Assembly (NCBI GenBank): GCA_002633005.1
Contig: NMRA01000662.1
Span: 9,375 to 73,374 of the forward strand
DNA: 64,000 bases
Direction of reading: 5' to 3'
Origin: Phoronis australis
Taxonomy: Eukaryota; Animalia; Phoronida
Both the position numbers and the translations under genes were made by a program. The notes under the pieces were generated by a model. That model searched no databases and was not told the DNA's origin. It saw nothing but the letters and a program-made list of their open reading frames with translations. Positions 52,201 to 61,641 of this stretch are shown piece by piece. Position 1 is the first letter of the stretch. Each line of letters starts with the position of its first letter.

Positions 52201-55200
52201 TGTATAACTTCACCTTGACAACAGGTAGAGGGTGCATGGTGGTGAAATCACCTTGGGTATCCCACCTGAGTAGGAGATGGAGTAATAATTCATAAACACA
52301 GGCTTCGAATCACTACAAACAGCCACACGTAGCGGCAAGTCTTCCCAACTTCCCAACAGAAATAGGCAGATTGGAAGACTTTTCCCATGAGTGCCCCTAC
52401 ACTGAGGAGTTCCCATGGCCACCATCAGGTGACAAGAACAATGAGCCTAGGGCACGTTCTGTAGATGCAAGACACTCGCCAGTGTCTTCACCAGCTTCGC
52501 TTGTATCTCACCAAGACTCGAGTCATCTTGCTTTTTTCGTGAGTGTCTTTTGCGTCTACAAAACAACCACCTGACTACTTACCTAAGCAAGCACGTGGAA
52601 CTACAAAAAGCATCAGTCCACCAATCAATATTTTAGACAAATCCAAAAAACTCAAGGATACCTTTGTTGATGAAGTCAAAACCTTAATGAAAGATGCTTT
52701 CGAAGAAGCAACACCCACTAACGCGTTTCATGGAAAACAACAGGGAAACCAAAAGATGGTATTATGAAGAAAACAAATGGTAAAAAATATTTTTAAAAAG
52801 TTAAGTGCCTGCCTTAGTAGAACTAAGCACATTATATAACATTGTGGCGCCATCTTTTGACCACCTGTGTTTCAGACATCGGCTTTCATGATTACTGATC
52901 TTGACCACCAACTGGATTTCCAGGTCAAGTTAAGCTTGCTCTACATATGACCAGCAGCGCCACATTTAACACCCCAGTCTATAGCTCGGTGAATCTGAAG
53001 TGGGAAATCCAGTTGGTTATCTCAAAACACTAGGAGTGAAGGGTAGAAACACTGAAGTCTCAAACGAAATATTTCTAGTACGCAATCCTTGTTATATTCT
53101 TTATCTCATCATCACGCAACAACCAGACATATAAATTAACGTCTACGTACGTTGGGTTGGAGGCCTCAGCTTGATCTGTCTGCAGTTTCTCTCCATTCTC
53201 TACCTCCATAGTACAGTAGACTATCTTGTTAGGAGCCAGGGACTTGAGGCCCTGCACCTCCATGACCACAACCTAATCAACAACAGATCAACATTTTTCA
53301 GTTTCTTTGTAATACTTAGTTGTTTTGTCAATACTGATGAAGCCCAATGCAGAGAGGTTTACCACAGAAATATAATGAGTTATTCCAATTGTCAATGGAA
53401 ATGATAAGAGAACTGTGATGACATACAATGATCAGCAATCTCAAGAATGAGGCTTTCAGAGCAAAGATACTCCACAACGGATCTTCCTATGTACCATTGG
53501 CCATTAAAGATTTAGTGATATCAATTTTTGTTTCAACAAGACCATATGACTCTGCAAATAAAACATTTTAAGAGTTCACCTTGGAACGCCCAAACCCAAA
53601 CATTTTTCAACTGGCATGACATGCCATCTATTTGCAAACCGTAAGAAATATGTTCCGGCTAAGTGAAGTGCGAAATGATGAACAAGCAGCAAGCACATAC
53701 TGGATGAAAAATGTTAATCAATATAAACCATACGATAAACTATGTTGACCTACATAGCTATACCAAGAACCTCCCATAGGACAGACTATACCACTACAGT
53801 CCCTATTACCATAGAACTCACCTCAAGAGTAAACGAGAGAACAACATCCAGCTTGGACAATCCAGGTTCACCTTCCTCAGACACTTCCACTTTGGTCACA
53901 GGATTTGTCTGGTGGGCCCTGAAACATGGATAAGGTTGTAATAAGAGATAAAAATGGTAAAACTGTCACAAAAGACATAAATGGTAAAACTGAAACAACC
54001 AATGGTCACCTGATAGTAGCGAGGCATCCAGGTTTACATCCTGGAACTTTACACAAAGTTGCACAGTAGAATCACACCAATTTTGCCCAGAAAATAAATA
54101 CCAAATTGTGCGTTTTTGATTTTTCAGAGGGTTCTGACATTTTTACGAATGCCTACAATTTCTCAAAATAGTGTTTGACGTAACGATTTTACAAATGACG
54201 AAGCATTTATTTGATACTTCGCATTTTTTATTCAAACAATTTTTCAAAATAATTTCATGTTTCCATCACTTTACCAGCAATGATTCCAAAAAATTAGCGA
54301 TCAAGTAGTAGACATGAAAGTATCTCTTCTATCAACACTTGAGTCATTTTTGAGTTGCACAAGTCATTGTGTGACTCAATACAAAAAATGACTGAATATT
54401 TTGTCTCATAACCTTCTTGTCCCCAATTTTTCACCAACTTTCTTTCACCAAATTCCTTACGTATTAAGGAGAAAACAACCTACATCACCACAAGTTTTTG
54501 TGGTCAGGCATATACAAGAACAGACTACCCCACCTGCATTGAACACTTTGAGGTAACACTTAAGTTTATTCCATGTTCTACAGGTGAGGGATGTCCATAG
54601 ACAACAAGACCTGAAGTCTTACACATAAAATTAACATAAAACATTATGTGGCAATAGTTTGACATTGAAATAAAAAATTGAAAGTAAAAAAGGGCCTGAC
54701 CCACAACTTCAAACTACCAAACCCACAGCATCTATCGGGGGAAGGTGGAAATGCTTACTAGTAGCCACCACACTCTACTGTCAAGCAAATAAGACAACAA
54801 CATGCACAGGTAACTATCTTGCAGTTAATATTGTAAGTAAAAACGAGGCAATTTCACTGTCTCTAATTTAATGGCAGCCAGGTTTTAATTTTGAGTCATT
54901 GTATATTGCGGAACCATTAATTAACCTTGCTTGCAGACTAAACACCTGACTAATCTCAGAATCATATGACTGACACCATAGTTCATAAGATGTCTCCAAA
55001 GTAATCCAAAATTAGAAACTTTGCTACATAGATAAATTTATCAGTTACGGTTGCTACCATAGGGGTCTTCTTTTTAGCGTTGTATTTGCATAAGCCGTTC
55101 AGTGTCATACAGAGAAAGACACCTCCTGCTTTGCGCTAGTTATCGGATACGTGTGTGAGGGGCAAGTTGCACTGCTACACACTGTCCTATGTATGTCTGT

Positions 55201-55467
55201 ATGTGGACAGTACTTTACAAAACCATATCATTTACCCCTGTACCAACCATAAACTTAACTGATAACAAAACAAAAGACTACAAAAGGAGTTCCTAGCTGA
55301 TACCTATTGTACCGTTTAAGTTTCTGCAGCGACTTCTTTGAGTCTGTGTTACCCTTAGATACGGGCAGACTCTCCAGGTTCGCCTTCAAGAGATTAATGG
55401 CCGCTCTCAGCTCGTCCACGTACATGGGCTCCATCTCCTTGAGAACAAAGCGCGGATGGCGGCGAAG
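13021..55467 (-). CDS. CADPS: Calcium-dependent secretion activator (CAPS/UNC-31), 5'-truncated, 21 coding exons, about 969 aa: C2, PH, DUF1041/MHD1 (MUN) and C-terminal dense-core-vesicle-binding regions
   Basis: All exons have GT-AG boundaries and consistent phases (sum 2910 nt including stop). The translation contains CAPS-diagnostic strings: [193 protein letters not shown]. Confidence 0.97.
14709..14813 (-). CDS. CADPS: CADPS exon ([35 protein letters not shown])
   Basis: [13 protein letters not shown] motif; canonical sites. Confidence 0.95.
15202..15370. repeat. 56-bp tandem repeat x3 spanning a CADPS exon end and donor site
   Basis: Units start at 15202, 15258 and 15314; each has 27 exon nt plus the GTATGT donor. 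Confidence 0.92.
15344..15451 (-). CDS. CADPS: CADPS exon ([36 protein letters not shown])
   Basis: cctcag acceptor, GTATGT donor, phase 0/0. Confidence 0.92.
15961..16119 (-). CDS. CADPS: CADPS exon ([12 protein letters not shown]...[17 protein letters not shown])
   Basis: HQYH and LSRYDEG motifs; canonical sites. Confidence 0.95.
18524..18671 (-). CDS. CADPS: CADPS exon (TMKFFETW...[12 protein letters not shown])
   Basis: Phase 2/0, GTAAGT donor. Confidence 0.9.
18855..19358. mobile_element. ~504-bp hAT-like MITE with 13-bp TIRs and 6-bp target-site duplication
   Basis: CAGGGCTTGGAAT ... ATTCCAAGCCTTG (1 mismatch), flanked on both sides by AACTTT; CpG-rich interior. Confidence 0.8.
19835..19995. 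repeat. Degenerate ~22/38-bp compound repeat starting at a CADPS donor site
   Basis: ACATAGGGTGATGCCTATTAC and ACAGCCTG(T/C)TACC units abut the donor at 19994. Confidence 0.7.
19995..20150 (-). CDS. CADPS: CADPS exon ([34 protein letters not shown]...)
   Basis: Highly conserved MHD1 sequence. Confidence 0.96.
20511..20652 (-). CDS. CADPS: CADPS exon ([43 protein letters not shown])
   Basis: Highly conserved; canonical sites. Confidence 0.96.
21295..24307 (-). mobile_element. Decayed Sola3-type DNA transposon (right end cut by contig break; internal N gap 21782-22542)
   Basis: Begins TTAA|GAG. Long diverged inverted repeats (e.g. 21762-21779 vs 23990-24007, 21464-21471 vs 24300-24307). Transposase relic on - strand. 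Empty TTAA site at 24960-24963 in the duplicate haplotype. Confidence 0.75.
22545..23330 (-). pseudogene. Transposase pseudogene fragment (Sola3-like DDD core plus C2H2-like finger)
   Basis: SGNAGCYH...[22 protein letters not shown]...EGN, then [11 protein letters not shown], then [10 protein letters not shown]...[10 protein letters not shown]...ETTYD...[13 protein letters not shown], with stops and frameshifts. Confidence 0.75.
24309..24963. repeat. Second (allelic) copy of 20639-21294 after a single N
   Basis: High identity with scattered SNPs and indels; starts right after N at 24308; includes the acceptor and first 14 nt of exon 20652-20511. Confidence 0.85.
25066..25222 (-). CDS. CADPS: CADPS exon ([25 protein letters not shown]...[17 protein letters not shown])
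   Basis: Highly conserved; canonical sites. Confidence 0.96.
26078..26240. repeat. ~41-bp tandem repeat x4
   Basis: AGCCAGCTATTATGAAGGTATTTTGGACAAGTGGACCCGT-like units. Confidence 0.8.
26661..29133. repeat. ~1.24-kb direct duplication joined by a single N (probable haplotype overlap)
   Basis: 26661-27899 and 27901-29133 are nearly identical; N at 27900. Confidence 0.88.
29658..29669 (-). CDS. CADPS: Candidate 12-nt CADPS microexon (AFKA)
   Basis: ttaatgctttctccctgttctttgatag|GCTTTCAAGGCG|gtgagt; frame-preserving in a phase-0 intron. Confidence 0.6.
30997..31137. repeat. ~69-bp tandem duplication
   Basis: CAGTGTG(T/C)ACATCTGATCAA...ATACAGCACATTGC twice. Confidence 0.8.
32096..32202 (-). 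CDS. CADPS: CADPS exon ([35 protein letters not shown])
   Basis: QQNEEHHAE motif; canonical sites. Confidence 0.96.
32440..33741 (+). mobile_element. Older, diverged copy of the Helentron/HINE-like repeat-array element (copy 2; left boundary approximate)
   Basis: Degenerate ~150-bp subrepeats with GCCACTAGGGGGCGC (~32657) and GGCCACTAGGTGACAC (~33130); 3' GACG/GATA microsatellite, hairpin and TAAAAA tail. Confidence 0.55.
35938..37632 (+). mobile_element. Helentron/HINE-like non-autonomous element with ~10 internal subrepeats (copy 3)
   Basis: Head ACAAGAGCAACGC...CACGAATGCA; 143-182-bp subrepeats; (GACG)n microsatellite; terminal hairpin ATGCGTCCATAT...ATGTGGGCGCAT then AAAAA. Confidence 0.78.
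37905..38380. repeat. ~50-bp minisatellite, about 10 copies
   Basis: ACACATCTGCTTGTAAATATACTGATGCGTGGTAATTGTATACTGTAAATAAC units. Confidence 0.9.
39031..39437. mobile_element. ~407-bp palindromic (foldback) MITE
   Basis: CAGGACCCGGTCCCCAATCT... versus ...AGATTAGAGACCGGGCCCAG; the arms stay imperfectly complementary inward for over 100 bp. Confidence 0.75.
41504..41518 (-). CDS. CADPS: Candidate 15-nt CADPS microexon (GERVR)
   Basis: ctttatttccacttaag|GAGAACGGGTGCGAA|gtgagt; frame-preserving and stop-free in a phase-1 intron. Confidence 0.5.
41707..41882. repeat. (TACTGAATACT)-type micro/minisatellite
   Basis: Mixed 7- and 11-bp units. Confidence 0.8.
42409..42532 (-). CDS. CADPS: CADPS exon ([16 protein letters not shown]...[12 protein letters not shown])
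   Basis: Conserved; canonical sites. Confidence 0.96.
42622..43192. repeat. ~39-bp minisatellite, about 14 copies
   Basis: ACAAATAGCAGTGAACACCAATCTCTCAAACACGGGC units. Confidence 0.9.
43644..43707 (-). CDS. CADPS: CADPS exon ([21 protein letters not shown])
   Basis: Invariant CAPS motif. Confidence 0.96.
43941..44042 (-). CDS. CADPS: CADPS exon ([15 protein letters not shown]...QITHF)
   Basis: RPDGIGTVT motif. Confidence 0.95.
44814..45001 (-). CDS. CADPS: CADPS exon ([27 protein letters not shown]...HVHGN)
   Basis: Invariant CAPS motif. Confidence 0.97.
45181..45317 (-). CDS. CADPS: CADPS exon ([12 protein letters not shown]...[12 protein letters not shown])
   Basis: Conserved; GTAAGT donor. 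Confidence 0.95.
46597..46742. repeat. 21-bp perfect minisatellite (TACAATGAAATACAATACATA)n
   Basis: About 7 copies. Confidence 0.92.
46814..47029 (-). CDS. CADPS: CADPS exon, C-terminal PH domain ([16 protein letters not shown]...[10 protein letters not shown]...)
   Basis: Conserved; phase 1/1. Confidence 0.95.
47158..48406 (+). mobile_element. Helentron/HINE-like repeat-array element (copy 4, about 8 subrepeats)
   Basis: Same head (AACAAGAGCAACGCGGAG), subrepeats and hairpin tail (ATGCACCCATATGGGTGAATAAAAA) as 35938-37632. Confidence 0.78.
49062..49170 (-). CDS. CADPS: CADPS exon, PH domain ([15 protein letters not shown]...GFTVDYCD)
   Basis: Conserved; weak T|GTGTGT donor but phase-compatible. 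Confidence 0.92.
50175..50243. repeat. (TG)n microsatellite with internal N
   Basis: Direct reading. Confidence 0.9.
50311..50442. repeat. 45-bp tandem repeat x3 spanning a CADPS donor site
   Basis: Units at 50311, 50356 and 50401 contain TGCTTGTTCAG|GTGAGC (- strand); the middle copy is mutated. Confidence 0.92.
50432..50635 (-). CDS. CADPS: CADPS exon, C2 end / PH start (VIIHPT...[13 protein letters not shown])
   Basis: Conserved basic PH loop. Confidence 0.96.
50986..51181. repeat. 56-bp duplication followed by 21-bp repeat x3
   Basis: CCAGGCACTAAAGGTAATACTTC...TTGTCTTTA twice; GACAAGTTTGACCTTCATCTG about 3 times. Confidence 0.8.
51399..52157. repeat. 58-bp minisatellite, about 13 copies, each containing a copy of the CADPS donor CAAG|GTAACAC
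   Basis: Period 58 (51401, 51459, 51517...); the array terminates 4 nt inside exon 52265-52154. Confidence 0.92.
52154..52265 (-). CDS. CADPS: CADPS exon, C2 domain ([37 protein letters not shown])
   Basis: Conserved; canonical sites. Confidence 0.96.
53151..53272 (-). CDS. CADPS: CADPS exon, C2 domain ([25 protein letters not shown]...TDQAEASNP)
   Basis: Conserved; canonical sites. Confidence 0.96.
53822..53918 (-). CDS. CADPS: CADPS exon (AHQTNP...[13 protein letters not shown])
   Basis: LSK.DVVLSF.LE motif. Confidence 0.93.
55304..55467 (-). CDS. CADPS: CADPS exon ([21 protein letters not shown]...[10 protein letters not shown]...KLKRYN)
   Basis: Conserved; most 5' confident exon in the window. 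Confidence 0.95.
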
Positions 55468-58400
55468 CTAGTGACGAAATGGAACAATACTGTTAAACGT
55501 GGTCATTGTTGGCAGCACAGAAATTACACCAACAGATTGATCCATCTATGACTGGGCCAGATGGGGTGTATTGAATGTTGTATGTTAACAGAGCAAGACT
55601 GCAGATCTGATGAAGCATGAGCACCACAGTGGCAGCCAGTGGGAGACATTCACCTGGGTCACATGGCACTGATGGCACTTACTGCCACCTGGCTGTAAAA
55701 ACATTTACTTTACACTGTTTTGCCAAAGGAGACTTGAAATTCACTAGATGGCGTTAATGAAGGAACACTCTTTTCATTACCTGGATAGAGTGAAAACAGA
55801 AACTGCTCATCTGCACTGGATGATGACAGTCTTGTGTGACTAGTAGAATGCATGCATGCATTGGACGATGAGTCTTGTGCGACTAGCAGAATGCATGCAT
55901 GCATTAGCATCATGTGATAAGGTTCAAGCTCCTCAGAGAGCAACAGAGCAACACTCGACTTCATATACATATTTATGTATACACAAGTACACTCTCGGCG
56001 TTTTTCCATAAAATGAACTTGCAATAGTGCCGTAACGGCCATCTATCTCAACTGACTAGCTGCCATTGTGTAATCAATGAATCCTGTTCCCACTGACTCA
56101 TAGGAACAAGTAACTCAGAGATAACAGCAATCCCATAGTCCTTTTCATCATTCTTATGGGCATTGTTTAAGGCCACAAAAAGATGTGTACTATATTTGCT
56201 ATGTGATCAGCTGCAATCATAGACAGATCAATACAGTAGTGCCATTATGGTGGGGATGACTGTAATCAGTCACAGAGAGCAAATCTGCTGTTGGGAAAAG
56301 AACTTTCAAAAACAATGTAGCAAAAAGTTGCCATGATTCAGATTTAGAAAATATTACAAATAATCAGTGCTTATCACTTCTGTAGAAGTTTTTTTAACTG
56401 GGAAGTGAAGCTCCGACATGTGCATTCAGCATCTATGCAAAAATACAAAGTAGCATTTGAGTGAAGTCTAATAGAACAAGATGTAAGTTCGACAAATTAA
56501 CACATTGGTAGATTTAAAGTACGGAGTATACTAAGTGGTACAACACGGTTTTTAGGTTCCACCACAAAATGCTACTTTGAAACAGGCTATTATCCTCGCT
56601 AAAAGCCAACAACAGCCTAACACTATTGAACAGGACTACAACTGAAATTGTGAGCAACAAACTGGCACAGACGGCGTAACAATAATGAGGGATTAGCAAA
56701 GTTATGCACAGGTGTCGGAACTTCATGCACTCAGTTCTCAGGGACATAACACATCAAATATACACGTGGAGACACACATAGTGAGCATGCCAGCCTATAT
56801 CATCACATAAGAAGTCACCACATTATCTGTCTTTAGATTTCACCCAATGTGTCACTGCATAAGTAGTTCATGGCATTTCATAGGTACATATCCATTGATC
56901 CATCTTGTCCTCCATATCATCCAATGGACAAGTACATATTCATTGATCCAAGTTGTCCTCCATATCATCCAATGGACAAGTCACTTGATATCTGGTCAGT
57001 AGAAAATTTGGGTGGCTGGTAACTAACATTCAAATGGACCAGGTAAAGAAAAATATTTTAAACGGTTACTTTGCCCATTTGAATGTTTTCAAAAAGAATT
57101 AAAATTCTTTTTGAAAATCTGTATACATAATTCTTGGTGTCTGACCAACAGCTGCTGACAAAGCGTTGTGAGTATAGGATAAATCTCATGCAAGCATGCT
57201 CTTTCAGTAGGATCTATGGTAAACAATTTTCAATTAGGGAGTCTCTAGAATTTGGGACATAGAAACTCCCACGAAAAGAATGTTTTGTTGGTTCTGCAAT
57301 TTGAGGTAAGGGTACTTTTGGCATTCACCATATTTCTCAAATTTCAAAACATGCATTTTCAATCTACAGCTTAGGTAATTTTTGCCCTCTTTTCCATGAT
57401 TCTTGAATTTTGAGACGGACAATGTTGTCTAGTTCCAAAATTTGGGGCAAGCTCCAACTATGAGCAAATAATTAATTTTTCAGTGTTCCATATTGGAGAA
57501 ATTTTGTCATAGTTCAATTTGGGACGAGTTCATGCAAAGACTGGGGACAGAAACATCGGGGCAAAAAAGAGTTATGAACTCTTGGCATTTCAGATAATTG
57601 AGACTATTTTCACAGGATGACATGTTTACTTTCTGGCAAACAAGGTAAGGATTATTGCTAGGCGTAATATCCCTATGAATAGTCAGATACATTCATATTA
57701 AAAGCCTTTGGATTCAAAAATATCTAATTATAAAAATTACCACCAATTATATAGGTGAACTAGCATAAAACTATCTTATGACAGGAATATTTAAAAACAA
57801 AAAATTGAATGTAATACTATACTGGCAACTATCCTTGCATTTTGAATGACTTCAGAACCAATTATTCCCTAACTGCAGCAGTTAATGCCAGTTCATCAAA
57901 ATAGTGCAACACCTTTCTGTGTCAAACGTTATCTGTTTCTTGCTCTCAATACAGCCATTCTTAGCTGACTTTAAATAGCAATCAACATACATTCTAAAGA
58001 GAACAATTATTTTTCAATTGTAGTATTGATAACAGGCTATACTATTTCTGCATAACCATGACATTTTAACCATAACTGAAACTGGTGTATATTGATTGTT
58101 GGATTCAACAAGCCTAGACAGGTCAATACATGGACAAATGGGGGCATTAAAGAAAGACATGTGCCTTGAACGTTCAGAACTTCAAAGATTTGAGTGCATG
58201 CATGCTGCAAAACTACGAAGCTGCCATATAGGGTGACTCTAAAGCGTGTTACCTATGTTTTTTGCTTCTTAAATAATTACTTCTGAAGAAGTCATAACCA
58301 CTCAGGCCAAATTACAAAACATAACGTAGATTTGTTGCCATTTTATTGCCTGTTTAAAATTTGTTCAAAAAGTACCCCACTTTATTGAAAGCTCATTTTC

Positions 58401-58597
58401 AGGCGATGTAGAACGTCATTTGGGTATAGCACCTCCGTACTTACATATTGCTAACACGTTTACACCCTTCAAAATAGATTGTCTGGGTAGTTCTAGTAAT
58501 ACATGATGTTTTTTGATTCAAGGATACAAATGGCCATTTTGTAATTACCAATTCTGAGCATTATGCTAGGAAAGTCTTCAGAGGTAGAAGAAACAGG

Positions 58598-58736
58598 TAT
58601 TGGTTGTAACAGGATGGGGACATTGGTTGTAGCGGGATGGGGACGTTGGTTGTAGCAGGATGGGGACGTTGGTTGTAGCAGGATGGGGACGTTGGTTGTA
58701 GCAGGATGGGGACATTGGTTGTAGCAGGATGGGGAT
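58598..58736. repeat. 25-bp minisatellite (TTGGTTGTAGCAGGATGGGGACG-like), about 6 copies
   Basis: Direct reading. Confidence 0.85.
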
Positions 58737-59737
58737 ATTCCTCATGCAAATGTGATACTAGATTAGCTTAAACAGAGAATCGGGAGGAAGTCATCAGCTG
58801 AAGATGCAACATCGAATGTGTAGCAGATGTTACAGAATTCAACTTTGCTTATTTTATTTTATTTTATTTTAAAAGTTATTTGACAGACCATACCTACTCA
58901 AATGAATCGAAAAGTACTGAAGAGCTGAAGACAGAAATTTTTACTAAGTCATACTAACGCCTCGACAAATTTACAGTATTTGAGAGACCAACAACTTTAG
59001 TCGCTGTTTGTGTGTTTACACCAAGAATATTTTAAAAAGGCAAAAAACAAAAACAAATAAACATAAATTTATTACGTGTTATTTGATAAAAATATCACCC
59101 ACTCATAGCAGTTTTCATTAGTTAAGTTTGGCAGTGGTTTCTTGAGGAATAATTAATTAAAAAAACATAGGCTAACGATTTTTGAATTACCTTGTATTAT
59201 AACCAGATTGATGAAGTCGAATGCTTTCCAAAAATCTACTAACTATACCCCATAGTTAACAAGTTAGTAAAACTTCTTCTTGTCTTATGACTAATTCATA
59301 TTCAAAGTTACTGAGTATCAAATGCAATACACATACTTACCACAAGTACATACTTGAAAATTTAGGCCAATGTTCCCATGCATGCAATAATGTGGTTTAT
59401 ACAAAGTGTTTCACATACAGGGTCATACATTTGCCCTTCACTTACAGACCCCAAGTGCTTTGCATGCAAGTGAGTGTGGCTAATTCCTGACATGGCCCAT
59501 GTGTGTATTTATATGTGGTAGAATAAAGTATTGTGCCCCAACTACTCAAAACTGTTGTTCCTCAAGCTTGGTAGATGGCCTAATACCACGTTCACTTTTT
59601 GCAGACTGAACACCAGACTGAGTATTTTTGCTATAAAATTTCTTAACTAGTGGTAAAGATGAACACTTGCAAGAGTTACCCCAAAACTGTTATTTTCAGT
59701 GGAACTGTTACAGCAACACTGCTTACTTCAAAGGATA

Positions 59738-59903
59738 AACATGCACAGGGGAAGGATATACATGTACAGGGGCACGGTATACATGCACAGGGGCAGGATA
59801 TACATGCACAGGGGCAGGATATACATGCACAGGGGCAGGGTATACATGCACAGGGGAAGGATATACATGCACAGGGGAAGGATATACATGCACAGGGGAA
59901 GGA
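59738..59903. repeat. 21-bp minisatellite (ATACATGCACAGGGGCAGGAT)n, about 8 copies
   Basis: Direct reading. Confidence 0.9.
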
Positions 59904-61447
59904 GTGGAGCTGATTTATAAACTTTGTACACAGTGAACACTCTTTAACAATAAACATCACTGTAAAAGAGATACTACTGTGAGAAACCTAACTTCTATGT
60001 AACAGAATAACTGCAAGCATCATGTCCTAACTCATGTGAAGAAACCTAGTATACGGCAAAAATTCATCAAACTCCAAGAAAATATCTGAGCTGGTCATTT
60101 TTTCATTTTTCAAAAACTAACTGCATTGTTAAAAAAGCTCAAACTTTCATCATGTGAAGACGGTATTGATTATTTATTAACTTCTTTTTGATTTGCATTG
60201 GTCATAGCACAGATTTCTACAATCGACATAAAAGTTTACCATGTACTAAAAGTTGCAGTTGTAACAAGTCAGTACAAAACACTGCATAAAAGCGCAAATC
60301 CTGGTGGTGAAAATCCAAGCCAGTAGGTGAAAGCAAACAATGAATGAAGATGAATGAACAGAGAACGTCAAAAAAAGAAAATTTATTAGCAATTTCATGA
60401 AACATTTTAGAGTGACAAATGGGGACCTAGGTGTCCACTTGTTGACCTAACCTGTTGAGGGGTTGGAGACTAGACCAACAGAAACACATAGTTTGACCAT
60501 GCAAACTTTACACTACTGTGTGAACAGAATACGAAAATTAAACGAATTAGAAAAGAACTTGTCACTTTTGAATACAATCTAACTAATGGCGGCATTTAGT
60601 GTTGAGCGATCAATTAACAGCCTTCCGAAAATTTCATTAGAGAAAGTTCCTTTTACTTTCCGACACTAGAAATTTAATCATTTCCAATGTTGACTGATAT
60701 CCATAATTAATTAGAAAAAGATCACCATCAAATCAAGTAGTCAGAATATCCACTTCTTGGAGATAGCATTGCAGTTGCAGCAGTTAGAACAATAAAGTTT
60801 AAAAAATCACAGCACTTAAAATAGTTTCCAACATTATCGAGAAGTTATAAGGATGAATAATCAAGTTAAAGTGAAAAGCTAACATTTTGGTGTTGTTCTT
60901 ACTAAAACTACAATTTAATGGTTACATTATCAAGCCACATAAAACTGTTAATAACAATTCACAATACCTAATCATTACATTGCATCGGCTCCAAGAGGAA
61001 TAGAACTAAATCTGACTGAGATTGAAAAAGGGTTAAAACAAACGCGTTGAAAATAGGCAAACTTCATCATTTCGGGAGTGCTGCACGATTAATTAATTAA
61101 GACTAAGATGATAGTAATTAGCATTGCAAATCCTCAAGCATAAGCAGTCGAATTGTATTTTTTTAAAAATTTAGAACCAAAATTGGGCTTTTCCGGTTCA
61201 AAGTATTCTCAACTGAAGAGGTAAGTATAAAGGCGACAAGAAGGAGTTAATAACAATGACAACAGAACTTGAACAGAACAACAAAAGTTGGGCACCCAGA
61301 CCTTACCACTCAGGGTGACTTAGCACTTGATGATTCAGGAGGGGTCAACAAAAGTGTTCAGGAACACTATGCAAGGTGGACTGACTAAAGCCTAGTGCCT
61401 CGTGTGGGCCCATTACAAGTGGTGCTACACAAACAGACAGAACTCAC

Positions 61448-61465
61448 CATATGGGGGTGGCTAAC
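61448..61465 (-). CDS. CADPS: Candidate 18-nt CADPS microexon (VSHPHM) or ATG-terminated alternative first coding exon
   Basis: tgtgtgttttgtttttttttcctcaaaattag|GTTAGCCACCCCCATATG|gtgagt; in phase 0 with exon 55467. Confidence 0.4.
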
Positions 61466-61522
61466 CTAATTTTGAGGAAAAAAAAACAAAACACACAATA
61501 TCAAACACTAGGGAAGCAAACA

Positions 61523-61641
61523 AGGTCAAAGGTCACAGGTCGGGAATCACGTGACCACTGTTTGTGCAGTAAGCGCATACAGTTTCTCTGACGCGAACAA
61601 CTCCAAAGCATCATAAACTGGCAAACGGTTTCCATAGCAAC
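61523..61641. promoter_or_regulatory. Intronic motif cluster: DR1 repeats, E-box, RFX X-box
   Basis: AGGTCAaAGGTCAcAGGTCG (61523-61542), TCACGTGACC (61547-61556), GTTTCCATAGCAAC (61628-61641). Confidence 0.4.

Noticed and set aside
52371-52767. Short + strand ORFs with coiled-coil-like text ([20 protein letters not shown])
   Set aside because: Possibly a transposon relic, but no family motif is recognisable.
55111-55135. Exon-like 13/25-nt segment
   Set aside because: It is not frame-preserving in a phase-2 intron and has a weak acceptor.
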